Assembly (NCBI RefSeq): GCF_000497125.1
Contig: NC_090600.1
Span: forward strand, 310,001 to 374,000
DNA: 64,000 nt
From: Spironucleus salmonicida
Lineage: Eukaryota
Direction: 5' to 3'
Positions 16,298 through 30,820 of the stretch are shown in pieces. Within the stretch, counting starts at the first letter, position 1, and the number at the start of each line of letters is the position of its first letter. Below the pieces are notes generated by a model that did not search any database, was not told where the DNA came from, and was given only the letters and a program-made list of their open reading frames with translations. A program made the position numbers and the translations under genes.

Positions 16298-16814
16298 ATT
16301 TAATTTATCACTTAAATCCTTGATGTTATTCGGTTAAAATTATAACACTAGTAATCTTTCTTATAACTAGTAGTATAAAGAAAAATTTATTAGAATTGAG
16401 GAATATTAATAATAATGTTAAATTGTAATCAACTATTAACCAAATTAATGATACTAAGTAAAACTTACTATAATGTATGTATGGAGGATGAAGTCCCGAA
16501 TAATCTAGCTAATATTTAAACTATCTTGGGTGTTCTCTTAATTTCTATACATAATCTCGATATAAATAAAAGAATTTAGATTTTTGTAATAATATTTATA
16601 CTAGTAATTTTATATAAAATACTTATTGACTAAAATTAAAAAATATTTTTAAGATAATATTTTATACCGTCGGCAATTTTATTGAGAATGCATATTAATA
16701 ATATTAAATGTATATATTTTAAGAGCTACCTTGATATATTAATAATATAATTTATCAAAATATATTTATTAAACTATATATTTATATCTGTATAATAAAG
16801 TTTTATTATAACAA

Positions 16815-17879
16815 ATGAAAAACGTCGAATCAGATGCTCTTATTTAAAAATTCCCTGATATTATTAGTCTAGAGACAGTAGTACATTACTTAGACAAATC
16901 TAAAAAATTACTGGAGAACGTTAGAGATTCTAAAAAATATAACATGACTCATATTATTAATGAATATCCTAAATCTGGTTACATTATAGATAAATTTCAT
17001 TTTGAAAATATATATAAAGCAGAATTTGAGTAGCCTAATATCACAGCTTAATAATCTATTTAATACTCATGGTAAGCTAAACAAATTATATCGTAATATG
17101 AAATATTTGTTAAGAATACTTTTTAAAATATTAAAAGATTCTCTCTTTTATTATCTTAACGAAAATATCTATAATTTTTACATGATAACTTCATTAGAAA
17201 AGTTAAATATTCAACAGTTCCAGGCCGTTTAATTATCATGTCAACAAATAATAATAAAATAACCACATTATAAGGACCAGCAGGTACTGTATAGTAATTT
17301 TATTAAGCACATTGTTTTTCATGCATAGCAGACTAAGGAAGTACTATTTTTGTTGGTTTTGCAAGTTCTGAAAGTCAAAATTACATATTTGAAAATAGGG
17401 AATCAACTATTTAAGTATTAGAAACTGTTTAATCCTATACAATAGATGAAACAACTTCGTTTTTCAATGAATTAAAAGAAAGACATAAAAATGTAGATTA
17501 CACTAATTTTTAAGATGTGAAATAGATTCTAGCATTGGTGCTTTCAGAAAATTATACATTTGAATAATAGACGATATAGGCATTAGCTACATTGAAAAAG
17601 TTATAATTTCTTTATCCTATTAAACGATTTTAATAATCAATTGATGAATTGGAAAATATAACTAAAGATAATACTATTTATGAATTGTATTTAAAATTGT
17701 AATAGGTGATAACCAGAATCAAAAATTATATTCATAATTCTAATTTAGAACGGTTTTCAAAAGGCTTACAAGAATTAGATTTAAGAGAGGACTATATGAG
17801 ATTTTTACAATCAAAGTAGATTCATGTTGTTCAATATGATCCTGTAACAATTTTTCATCAAGCAAAAGCTTTAAAATGA
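16815..17879 (+). CDS. hypothetical protein
   Basis: 354-aa open frame in code 6. Confidence 0.6.
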
Positions 17880-17929
17880 GTTTTTTATTTCCATATAATA
17901 ATATATGCCTTTCCTCAAACCACTTCATA

Positions 17930-18955
17930 ATGAACTTTGTTGATCCATCTGATATTCGCCCTATACTAGTCCTTTCAGCTTTATCATCTAAGCCCGTATC
18001 AATTAAATCATCAACTTAATTTTCTATTCAAGAATAATAGTTCCTTAACATTGTTTCTGCTCTGACTTCTAATTCAACTTCGAAGTTATAGAACAATGCT
18101 CACTATATAGATTTTATTCCTGGAATGCCATAAGGAGGTACATACAAGTTTAATGTTGACAATATAGCATTTATCGCTGAATATTTATTATTGCTTTGTC
18201 CATTTTGTAAATTTTCATCTGAAATTGAATTAACAGGAGAGATCATTTCGAACTAGGTTAGCTCAATTTTCTATATTAAAGAAGTGCTCGCTCATCATTT
18301 GAAATATTTCAACAATGGAGAAGATTTTGTTGATATTAAAATAGGATAAAATTCAACTAAGTTAATTTTTAAAACAGTTCAAAAATTTAATACTGTTGCA
18401 TTCACCTAAATATCACCAGTTAAATCTATTCAGGGAACCGCCGTCTATTAAAATGTCCCAAAATAACTTTCCAATCGGGTAATTACCTCATCTAAATAAA
18501 TTTTATTGCCTTTTACTTCTGATGTTTCAGTAGCTTAATTTCTATCTAAAAGTTAAAGCTAATCACTAGGCTTATTTCTATTTGCAGAAATGGAAAATGG
18601 CGGTCGTGTAGGTGGAGAGTTTTTCTTTGAAAGTAACTTAGAGCCTGAAGATATAGGTAAAATAGCTGCACAACTTTTACTGCGAGAAATTGAAGGAAAT
18701 GGTGCTATAGATGCAAATGCATAAGCCGTAATTTTAATGGCACTCGCCATGTCTGAGGGCCTTGTCAGTGTTGTCAGATTTTAAGATTTATGTGATCTCA
18801 GTATTGAGCTAATGAGAACTGTATTCGAAATTTTAGGAGTCATTTTCTAGGTAGAAAACTATGAAATTCTAGGTGAAAATGGAATTGTTGTTAAAGGTGT
18901 GGAAATTGTGGTCAGAGGTAGTGGTATGGTTAATGTTACGAAAAGAGGATTCTGA
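17930..18955 (+). CDS. RCL1: RNA 3'-terminal phosphate cyclase-like protein (ribosome biogenesis)
   Basis: IRPILVLSALSSKPVSI N-terminus, PEDIGKIAAQLLLREI, C-terminal GSGMVNVTK; 341 aa. Confidence 0.7.
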
Positions 18956-19034
18956 TTTTTTGTATTTATATTTTGCTTACCATAATATTCATAACTTTTC
19001 CAGGTCATGAACCCCTAAAGCATTCAAAAAATTC

Positions 19035-20000
19035 TCAGTCGACACCCCCTAATATCCTCCCATTTACACTATTCGCGTCCTAGTAGTACAAAAACCTCTA
19101 AATTAGACTCCCCTGACCCCGTTTTGCGCAGAAATTCGAATCCATGCACATTTCGGCCGTCCAGCGCGTCTCAGAATCGCAGTCTAAACAACCCAAAATA
19201 AGCTCTTTGAAATCGCTGTCATCGCTCACATTTTGCAGGATTTCGCGAAGTTTCTCGCCCTTTTCCCAGCCACTTTCGAGCAGAATTTTGGGCCAATCGG
19301 CCGACTGCTCCAGCGCCAAAACGCCCTCAAACGGGCCCAGAATTGCATTTTGCTGCGTAATGAGCTCAATTTCGGAGCTCGCCGTAAAGAGCGGCCGGCC
19401 GGCGACAAGCTCAAAAACGATGAGGCCGGCAGAAAAAACGTCTACTTTTTCGTTGAATTTTGCCGACAGCAGAGACTCTGGCGCACGGTAAATCCTCGTG
19501 CCACAGTTGTTGGTCTGCTCGAAATCGGAGGTTGCCTGGCCGAAATCAGCGATTTGGAGGACCCCTGTGCGTGAAATCATAATGTTCGAGGGCTTGATGT
19601 CTCGGTGGGCGGTGTGCCTGCTGTTGATGGCGTTAATTCCGCAAAAAACCTAGTGCATTATCGTTTGGACGACTCTGAGAGGCAGCTGCGGGAACATAAT
19701 GTTTTGGAGAGAAACTGGGTGGTACTGCATGATGATATAAGTATAATTCTCGTCAGCAAAGGAGTCAAGAAGTCTAATGACATTTTGGTTCGTGCAGTTC
19801 TGCATTTATTAGATTTCGAGGTCGGGGTCTGCGCCAATGGGGTTTCTGTCCGTCTGCTCTTTGTAGGAAACTTGCTTGATAGCAACTGTCTGGATTGGCT
19901 TCTGGTTCAAAATATCGCGCTAGACTGCACGAGAGACAATACCAAACGCTCCATTTGCAATTTACTATAAATCAGTATAACAGTATTTTTCGGATTGCAT
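19035..20000 (-). CDS. CMGC/CDK-like Ser/Thr kinase
   Basis: IANGAFGIV, VAIK, HRDIKPSN, IADFG, GTRIYRAPE, DVFSAGLI..LF..SEIE; 321 aa. Confidence 0.85.
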
Positions 20001-20161
20001 TTTTTAAATGATGAAAATTAAATGTCAATAATATATGAAATTATGAAATTAATATTATGAATAATTAAATATTTTACTTGTATAATAATGATATATTATG
20101 AGTCGTATACCAAAATAATATTATAATAATATATATAATTTTAACGCTAATAATTAGTAAA

Positions 20162-20764
20162 ATGCTATTATTAGTTTTTTCAAGGATATGCGGTGATTTA
20201 TCCTGTGAAGATACATTATGTTCAAAGGAAAATACTTGTTTAGTGTTCAATGATATCAGTTTGTGTAAGTAGTCATGTGGTTTTCCTTCATTCTGTAAAA
20301 TTTAATAAATATAAGTTTAAGATATTACTTTTAATGCATTCTGTATTTTTCTAGATTCAGGAAAAATATTTGCTATTTCTACTGCTATTTTTGTATTTTT
20401 AGCTATTGTATCAGCTGATATCTTTCTAGTTATTTATTGTCGGCGTATAAACAAACATTCAGATGTTGTAGATAATGGAGGAGTCGATGATTTTGAAGGT
20501 ATCACCCGTATAGAAATAAAACGTAAAAATGTACACTTTGGTAATGTGAGAGGTGCTATTGAAGCTGAAATAGCAGGAATTCATATAGTCGAAGAAAAAG
20601 AACGTGAAAGGGATGAGGTTAATAGGAATGGTATTATGATGTTACGAGATGCATTGGTTGAATAAGCTATAGCCGAACGTAGAAATGAGTTTGAAAGAGG
20701 ATTAGTCCGTACAATTGAAAGTAAAATTAGTATTTTTGAAGAAAAAATCTTAAGATATGTTTGA
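20162..20764 (+). CDS. single-pass membrane protein with small Cys-containing ectodomain
   Basis: MLLLVF leader, seven Cys, TM IFAISTAIFVFLAIVSADIFLVIYC then RR and charged tail; 200 aa. Confidence 0.65.
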
Positions 20765-21600
20765 CAAAAACTATTAATACTTAAGTTCTGTGTAAAGGTA
20801 GTATTAAACAACTGCTTTTGAGACTTATTTTTACAACAATATTACAGTTTTATCATATCATACCATACAAATAGTCATCTCATCGTTAGTGGATGTGACT
20901 CTTTTATTTAATACATAAACTTAAAGAATGACTATTATCTAATAGCAATTTTTCATAAATTTCTTGCTTATTATAAGCTATTTTCATGCATTATAATAAT
21001 TAATTTTATCATAATTAGTCTAGTTACTTACTATAATATTGCAAATAACATCAAAATTGTAATGTATTAAAATAATTACTATATATGGTAATTTTTAATA
21101 TATAAATATAATTTTGCTATAAACTACTCTTTTAACTAGAAAAAATAAATTTAGTAGAAATGGTATACATTTATTTAATATCTATAAGGAATCTCATAAG
21201 ATAATATTAGGAAACTAAAATAATTTTTAAGTACTCTTCATATATTTAAACCCAATCAATTGATTAAATATTTTACATATTTCCAAAATATCATATTATT
21301 ATATCTTAATTATTATAAAAGTTATAAATAAATATATAAAATATAAATATATTAACATATTTAAATATGTTATGTTTTTAGTTTTATCAATAATTATATT
21401 ATTATTAATATGTGTAAATTGACGTCAATGAATATATAAAATTATAGATAATTATTATCTAATATATTAAAAAATAAAATTTTCCATATACGATAATATA
21501 CATTATAATTTTAATATTTAAGAAATTCCATAAACTAGCTACCATCTACTAATTTTTAGTTACAATAAATATTAAGATAGTTTAGTTGGATTAATATAAA

Positions 21601-23168
21601 ATGATGATTATTCTGCAAGACGAAATTCACTGCTTTGATGAGGATTCCTCCCTAATTGGAAGACTCTAAATATCCCAGTTTTATATGCATCTTTCTCCTA
21701 CAAAAAACTAAACATTACACTGCTTAGCTTTTAATAATACCATATCCATAGCCACACTGCATTATGTTTAAGATGGAACCGTTTAAAGCTTATCAACAGA
21801 CTTTACATATCAAAGTGGGATACCATTGGAAATAACCTTTAATGATGTCAAAACGGCGTAGTTCAACTTCATGACAGAGTTTTCTATAATATCATATGAA
21901 ATTGTCTTAGGAAAAGAGCTATCCGTCCCAGGTACTTTTAGCTTAATTTAACACACTATGGTTAACACATCAAATTGCTGGAATAACGTAACTCTTGTGT
22001 ACAACCGCTCCAGAAACTCATACCTGAGTATTAACGCAGCCCGAACGACTGCCAGATCAGCACACCCGTCGTGGAGTTCCAGTACCAGGTAAACAGCACT
22101 TGGATTTCCATCCCCATCGCCCCAAACTCATCGTCGCCAGACACCTACTACAAGCTCCCCTTCGTGCACCTGGACACCCACAACTACCAAATTTTCGCAG
22201 AAACGTCGTCTGCAGATATTTAATAATCACTATTAAGTTTCTTCAAATAGTTTCAGAAAGATCGCCAGTTGAAGATGAGACTTTCACTAAACTATACGTA
22301 ATCTGGTTCGAGTCTTAGCTAATAAATCTTTGGAGAGGTAACATAGATATAGACAGATACAAATAACTGTATCACTGATCTAAATCTAATAACCATAGTA
22401 ACATCGACGTCCATCTCAAACATAGCTGATCTTTCAACCTTGGTAATATGTATTAGCAGCAGCTTTATCATGGCAACAAGTGTATTTTAGAAAACGTAAT
22501 AGATAAAACAAGAGACAACAAATGGTTTCGCAGCGAGAACAGGGATTGTATTCTATTTCGATGTTGATAATATGTCTTTATTGACGCAAAATTTAACTGG
22601 GCAAACTTAATAACTATTTATAAGCTTTTATGACTCAAACCAGGATATTATTTCAGAGTAAACAATTGAATATGCACCCATTCAGTCCTGTTTTTATAAA
22701 ATTATTACTTAAGTAAGCTTCAAGGATACTTGCATAATCGTATTCCCAACTTTGACCCCGGAGTGCTTAGATAAATACAAAGATGGAGTGCTAACCTAGC
22801 AGCAGGAGGTTTTGTAAATGACGTCCGACACACAGTCAAGAATTCAATTCTAAGTATATAAGAAGAGGTTAGTAATCTAGAATAAGAGCTTTTTTACTGA
22901 GTGCTTTAGTGAAGCTGATACGATTGAAGATAGCCAATTTCCATTCTTTCCTGGAGACTACCATGTCCGGTAAAAGGGTTTTATACAAGAGCTTAAAAAA
23001 TCATTTATAACGCGTATTTTTATTACTAACGAGTACGACTATCAGCTTAGTCTGAATGTCATAGTAGACCAAAAAAGTATTATTTTGATTTACTTTTGGA
23101 TAATCATAAGCTTGATAACTATCGTTGCAGTGGTAGCAACAAGTGTACTTGCATTAAGATAGTAATGA
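21601..23168 (+). pseudogene. type I membrane protein gene with one frameshift near 22040 (pseudogene or base-call error)
   Basis: 5' frame from ATG 21601 and 3' frame ending in TM segment plus TGA 23166-23168 differ by one base; switch at about 22035-22041. Confidence 0.55.
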
Positions 23169-24360
23169 AGTAAATGAGATACTGGAGTGATGCTCTACAT
23201 ATCTAATGTCAATCTATTTTTGCATATTATTATTTTTTCAAATTTCATATATGATTATTTATTTAAAATAAAAATATAAGCAACATAAACTATACAGGCA
23301 GTATGCTGCTAGCATAGATCAAATGTACCTGTTTAGTATCAAGCAAGGTTCTATTACTCGTTTGAGTATATCGGCAATAAGGTGTGGTAAATCGTGGTAA
23401 TGGTTAGTAACACGGCGCATCGAGTATAAGTATGACGCATAAAATATAATATAGGAAATATCGTAAAATAGAAATAGTAGTCAGCAAAACGCATCCATCC
23501 ACCATTTTAACTAGACAAGTAGACTCAAGTATAATATATAGCATTTTATATAAAATATTATTAACTCCTCTAAAATGCCTTTATATAAAATATTTCGGCG
23601 GCAATAGAGATAATTAGATTATATGCCACTTGCTCCCCATTGCTTAAATAATAACTATACTAACATCATACTATATTTTTGGTGATATACTGGATTACGA
23701 ATTGTTCATTAAGTTTTAAAGTTAAGCATCTATTTAGATATTTAGCGAAATTGTAAGTTTATAATGGACGTGTTTTAGTATGTATATAGATTGCCTTACG
23801 CGTTATCAATATATTTATAAGTATGCATTTATTTGTTGATATTGTTTCATGTAGAATTTCTCTAATCTTCACGAAATATATTTTAGTCTTATAAATGCAG
23901 AACTTTATACTTTCTTTAATTATATCATATAGTTTTAGTCAGATTTTTAGGTGATAGGCGTAACCTGGGCAACACTCGCACTACCTCGACTTAGTGTTTT
24001 GAATATATTACGCTCCGCAATATACTTTTTGCAATATTAGAGAAGTGTAGAGGTTATTCAATCAGATATTTGGATAAGCACTTCATTTGTAACATAAACT
24101 AATTCAATATGCATCTACTAAATAATTAGTATTTTCGAAACTCAAAAATTTAGTTTATTAATACTATATTAACATATAGTTTAGTTTTGGTAGTTTGAGT
24201 AAAAGGTTTGCCTCTATAACTGATATTTACTAAAGATTTATATATTTGTATAATTGATATTAATATAGTAGTTTTAATCTTTATAAAATCAAAAAAATAA
24301 TGTTTAATATTTAATATTTTGGGTTTAATATTACATCTTTTTGCTCCTGTTCATTTTAAA

Positions 24361-25821
24361 ATGTCGGGTTTTCAATGTCCCACAAATCCATGTCCTGCTG
24401 GAACTGTTTGTCCAACCCGAGATAGCCTCAATCCTGAAATTTGCTAAAGTTGCAGATAATATAACTGTGATAAATGCAGCATTTCCAATATGGATACATG
24501 TCAGTAATGCAGTTCGGGGTACTACAAGAGCGGGGACAACTGCCGGGTCTGCAAAACTGGCTGCAAAACGTGCGCCAACGATATAGACTGCACGTCGTGC
24601 TCCGCGGGCTACCATTTCACCGGAATCTCATGCATACGTTGCTCCAGCCACTGTGAGGACTGCTTTGACTCAGTAAAATGCAGTGTATGTGCCACTGGGT
24701 ACTTCCACAACGACTAGTTCATGTGCTCCGCCTGTAGCAGTGGGTGCAGCAAATGTTCGGATGCCAGGACGTGCTCGGAGTGCCAGGCCGGGTACGTCCT
24801 CGGCGGAAGTGCCTGTGTAGCGTGCCCTTCCAACTGCCTCACCTGCTCGTCTGCTGGAGTCTGCGCCAAGTGCTAGGCGGCCTTCGTACTGAAGGAATAA
24901 CAATGCTAGGCCTGCCCCAGCAATTGCGAGGTTTGCTCTGATTCATCCATCTGCACTTCATGCAAAAGTGGAAATTATTTGGAAGCAGGTAAATGCACTA
25001 TGTGCACTGAAAACTGCCTTGGATGCGTATCAGCCGCCGCTTGCGGTCTTTGCCAGCCAGGATTTGACCTCCAAAACGGCAAATGTGGTAAGAACGAGTG
25101 CAATAGTTTCAATCCGTGCGCACCCAAAAAGTTCTGCAATACCAACAGCCCCCCAAATGCATGCCAGAGCTGCAAGGACGGATGTGCCTCATGCATAAGC
25201 GCAGCATCTTGCTCGTCATGTCCAGGTGGTGCCTTTTTAGAAAGTGGTGAATGCAAGGCCTGCACAGATGGTTGCGATGTCTGTTCTGATAAAGATATCT
25301 GCACCGAGTGCAAGGATGGGTACGACCTTAGCCCTGCCAAAAAATGCTCGAAACTGCAATGCTCTAACAGCAAGCCTTGCCCCCAGAGCTTTTACTGTTC
25401 CAGCGAGGGCTCGGGGAGCGTGTGCGAGAAATGCTAAAAGGACTGCGCGTTCTGCAGCAGCGCGACGAAATGCGATCAGTGCGTCGATGGGATGTTTGTT
25501 GACAGCAACAAGTGCTCCAGCTGCCCCAGGAACTGCTAATACTGCTCGGACGCTAACACATGCACGGACTGCTATCCTACTTTCCAGAGCATCGGCGGTC
25601 TGTGCATTCCAACCCAGAACAATTCGAACGCCGGGTCCATTGTTGGGATTGTGGTCGGTGTCGTGGCTGCTATCGGCCTGGTAGCTGGCGCAGGCGCGTA
25701 CTTCATAGTCAAGAAGAGAAAGCAGGCAGTCGTGTCCCCGCCTAAGGACGATGAAATAAAGCATGCCAATCTATAAATGTTATAGGAATAAAATATTATT
25801 TTATAAAAGAGGTAATAGTGA
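24361..25821 (+). CDS. cysteine-rich membrane protein (CxxC repeats, VSP/CRMP-like)
   Basis: Continuous CxxC-rich frame MSGFQCPTNPC..., TM IVGIVVGVVAAIGLVAGAGAYFIV then KKRK and longer tail; 486 aa. Confidence 0.9.
24375..25770. repeat. 1.4 kb inverted repeat, partner 62279-63674
   Basis: Colinear reverse-complement match (paired coordinates sum to 88049). Confidence 0.9.
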
Positions 25822-27269
25822 TGCATTTGCTAAGATTATCACTTTGTAAAGCAAGCTGAAGAATAGTTAATGTGCAAGTAGAAAGTATATTGTTATTTTA
25901 TTCATAGGGAAATTATTATAGATAAGGATATAGTATACAACTGAGATAGATTTTATTTTCGTTCCTAATTGAGCTGGTAACACCTAGTTGGTCATTATGC
26001 AGATTTAGACTCGGTCAACTATTTCTCTTATTCAGCATGGGTTATCAGAATATGCAGATGTGTTAAATGTTTACAGTTCCTCCATTAATATGGGAAATTC
26101 GGATTCAATTGGTATAAATAATAGGTGTTCCAAGCTAATTTATTATCATGTTGCGCTTAGCATCAGCAATGGATAATTGTCGTTATAACTATATTTAGCA
26201 TTTGAAGCAGTATAAACTCATTCATTAATGCTCGCTAATTTCTATAGTTCAACCATATCTTTAGTTTTATTATCAAACTAGTTCCAACAAATAATATTAT
26301 TTATGAGATTATAACTAGGTTTCCAAATTGTTTATTAACTTGAATTTATTAAAGCAAATAATATGAATAAGTGCAGGCACCGTAATATATAATTGAAATT
26401 ATAAAAATCAGGTAGTAGCTAGATTATTATTCTAAAATTTTAACATATTTCATTGTCACTATTAATTTGAAATTTATATGTAGAACTGAATTTGTAATAT
26501 GTTAAAAATTAGTCATTGTATTAAAATTTTAATTTATGTGTATTTTAATTATTTATAGATTTGTTTAGATTATCTTCTTAAATTTCATTTTTAGTACATT
26601 TATATTGTATAAATATATTATACTAGTTTTTTAAACAATAATTATTAACGAAATATCATGTACTTTTTATTCATAAAAATTCCTTATTTAGATATAATAA
26701 CACATTAGGATATTTCATGGTATATATATATCAGAAGCCATTATCATCCTTACATTCAATAATTTTCAACTGTATACTAAATGAGTTATTTGATACTACA
26801 ATTACTCAAATTTTAATTATTTTTGCGTATAGTCATATCATATGGATATAAATAATTTGATATAAAATTAAACAACTTTTATTTTTCTAGTAAGTTATTT
26901 ATAAGATTATTTGACCAATTAAGGAGTTTTAGGTAAACAAATAGGCAATGTCCATTTTTTCTATATTATTTTTATTTTAAACTTTTTAATGAACTCTACT
27001 TAAAAACATGAATAATAATTCATATTATTATAAATAAAAAATGTCATATTTTAATCATTGCAGAAATAAGCTAAATATTTTAAGTTTGAACAATACTATA
27101 ATTATAATAAATTTATTTTATTATTATTACAACGATTTTGAAGGATATTCAAGGTAGAACTAGTATAAACCTCAATCTAAAAGTATCAATAATTTATTAA
27201 GAATCTATGAGTCTTACTATCTTAATAATTTCAATAAAATTAAAGTAATATGGTCAGTTTCTATATTAA

Positions 27270-28400
27270 AAATTGGAAATTATTGTGGTCCTAACATTGT
27301 ACCGGTATCACTGTACTGTAAAGAAACCTATTCAATTTACATAATATTATACGAAACCATTTACACAGATAACTAAAACACTTTCTGTAGAAACTACGCA
27401 GGTTTCTTAGTTGTAAAGACAACATATTTTAAATGTATTGTCACGAGTATATTGGATTATCATTTAAATTGTCTTCTGGGAATTAATCTCGTGAAATAGA
27501 AATATTTACCGAACAATAATAACTGATAAAATATATACTATTGTGAGAATCGCCTACTACCAACAATAGGGAACTTACCTTATTCTGTTGATTTAAATTA
27601 AATTGAGTTTATAATGAAATTAAAGCATCAGTTTTCCTGTCATTTCTGCTGGGTATTCATTACATTATCTATGATAGAGAATTCAATACTCAGAGATACC
27701 AGAACATAAAACAAAAGGTTTACAAAAAGAGTGTAGTTTATATTTTTCTTGCAGAGCAGTTTTTAATTTCCAAAAAGTTTGTATTTAGCAAGAATTATAT
27801 GATGCCAGATGTTGGAGCTGCTATAAATATCAATTTTACAACAAAATTATATGAAACTGTTGAACTGAGTTCAATATTCCCTTAGAAACACGAAAATATT
27901 AATATGCTTCATACTTATAGAAGTATATTTATACCTAAAGTCAATTCTAATTAATATTTCTTACAATGCAAATTATATGTTAGAAGTTATATTGAAAAAG
28001 TAATTAGTATTCCATAAATACCAGAAATAAAAACAACGACGGTAAAATACGTAATAGAGCTTGAAAAAATATAACAATATTTAGCTCGGGGAATTGCACT
28101 TGCAGTAATAATGCTTATGTTACAAGATAACATTGATGGTTATTAATTTGCTACTTATAATGGTGAGTTTCTATTATAATGAATGAAATATCATGGTAAA
28201 AGAAATCGCTAAATCTTGATAGTTTAATATAGCAAATTTAGAAGAGTTGACGTATGGATAGTCAAAAATTCGTGTAATTCTAGGTGTTGGAATGAAGGAA
28301 TACTTTATATACAATATGGAATCAACTCTTTATGCCTTAAATAATATGCATTTGTTAGTATTTCTAAGAATTATAGGCAAAAACTTAGTATTTATATTGA
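27270..28400 (+). pseudogene. decayed papain-family (cathepsin-like) cysteine protease
   Basis: VDVWIVKNSCNSRCWNEGILYIQYGINSLCL resembles WIVKNSWG..WGE.GY; in-frame TGA at 28180; no intact CGSCWAF seen; boundaries approximate. Confidence 0.45.
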
Positions 28401-29303
28401 TACTGCCACTACACCTTATAAACTTAAAATAAACGATACAGGTTTAGATAGTGATGACTCTACCTAAGTGTCAATATAATCCTAGGTTGTATCCAAAATT
28501 TTAATAAAATTACTTTAATTTATCTCCTTATATTGTCAGTATATTGATATTAGGGGTAATATTAAATATTACTATCCAAAAAAATAATTAACCTATTTAT
28601 TTTGATAAACTACAGTAGTCATTATAACCTGTTTTAACCTAGATAATGGGATAATGTAATCTCATAATAATATAAAATAGACTTATTATTATTAATGCAT
28701 CAGGTTTAATATAAATTCTTAAAGATTCCTTATTAATCCTTTGCTATAATTAAAAATTACTCTACGATTTTATCACTAGATTTATTATGTGAAACAAATT
28801 ATAGAATAAATTCATTAATGTTAACTAAACAAGTGTATAGAAATTATTTCATTTCGTTATTAGTTATTAGAATAATTATATATTAAAATTATATATTATT
28901 TTAATATTAGGAAATTGAAAAAATAGAATTGTTTGCATTTACTGAATATTGGTTTATCATTTTAAATTATCAAATAGATATTATTACTTGATATAATATA
29001 TCAATAATAGTTATAAATTAAATGATATTATATAAACCCTGTTAACAATATTTATCTGCTATTCTAATTAAAGGAGATTTCATTAACTAATTAAGGAAAA
29101 ATATCATTATATTATCATTTACAGTTATTATCTAGAGATTAAATTTTGCAAAAATAGGAGCATCTGTTTCATTCTATCTAATTTCCGCGATTTTGATAAA
29201 TTTTTATCGGATAATAATTTAATATGTCCAATAACAGTAAATATTCTAATTGGAATCCAATTTTGATCTTTTTCTTTGTAGAGAGTAGTTTTCCACCTAT
29301 AGC

Positions 29304-30820
29304 TCACATTTCATTAATATCAATTTTTACTCTCCCAACTTTTTTTATTCTTGGCTTTCTAATGCAAAATATGGAAGGTAAGGAAATAACGAAACCCAAA
29401 ACTATGCAACCTCCCATAATACTGAACTGATAGACCAATAGTTTTAACTCTATTGAATAATTGAAAGTAGGCTCAAATGAATCAAAATATCCTCCATTTT
29501 TTGTTAAAATTAAAATTCTATAATCATATGCTGCATTTATACTATCTATTATTTTATTAGATACATATTTTAGTTACACTTTTAATTATCGTGAAAGGAT
29601 AAAATTCTATTAAATAACAGCAACAGAATTATCAAAAAAATAATCTAACGGGCTCTCATAGGTTAGCACTATTAAAATTGCAGATTAAGAGACAATTTCA
29701 CATGTCCCAATTGCTTGAATAACAATAAGTTTATCAATTAATACCATCGTAGAGTTCTAATAACAGCTATTCTGGATGGCAAAATCATCAAATATTAATC
29801 TTGTTATTGGAATTTTAGCATTATCCAGAAATACAAAACTTACACTTACTATACCAGGTTTTTATGTAATTTTTACACAATCACTAAATGGAACCTCAGA
29901 TTCCTTGAAAGTTAACTCATTCATGTTTGCTGCGAAATATCCCATTAATTCAATATTTTCTTAGACAGAATATGATGTTAAATCAGCTACAAATTAACAT
30001 TAACCTTGGTTTATAACAATATATATTATCATAGTAGTCGAGTTATTTACTAGTTATGTGAAATATTCACTTTACCTAACTTTAAGAAAAATAGCAGTCA
30101 AAAAACCAGTAAAACCTTCAATTTATCCTGGAGAAGGTTAATTTCTATATCGTAAAATAGTTGTACTGATTTATCCTGATGTTACAATTCCAGCTTAACC
30201 AATCAGACAATTTAAGGTTATTTGCTTAATCCCTGTAATATATAGAATTGGAGATAAATCAGCATTATTAAAGTTTATTGTAAGTTAAAATTTATCTAAA
30301 TCAACTATTGGTTACTCTGAATATTAAATTAGGAATGAATTTTCATAATTTTAAACACAAAGTGTGGCATTAGTCACATATATTGAAGTAAATGTAGTAG
30401 GAAACTTTGTAGTAGCAGTAAATGTTGTTTAATTATAATAAACACTAAAATCATTGAAAATAGTTTTAGTCTTAAATCTTATTAATGTTATTTACTAAAT
30501 TTATAATAAAAATATGTGGCTATAGCTTCGTATCTTCATTATAGCTCCAGATAATGTTAAATAGCTATCTATTTTAGGTATATTAATAACAATTTATGTA
30601 GTTGTATGATAAGAATAATTTGTAACAACGGTCTAAATATCTATAGTACTATCAGTGAAAAAAGTTAAACTTATACCGCTGATGGAAATATCTCACATTC
30701 TTAGCTTCCCAGTGAACTAAGACTAATAATGATAGCATTCTCCATTTACGATACTTCCATTGAAGTTTACTCGCTATAACATTAGTTTAGCAATGTGAAA
30801 GCCCCAAATAATGTTATCAT
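29304..30820 (-). pseudogene. type I membrane protein gene with frameshift in an A6 run at 30658-30663
   Basis: Hydrophobic leader, about 500-aa frame, C-terminal TM and basic tail; one extra base in the homopolymer restores the frame. Confidence 0.55.

Noticed and set aside
28180-28182. In-frame TGA as selenocysteine or readthrough
   Set aside because: Surrounding protease motifs are degenerate, so pseudogene decay is the simpler explanation
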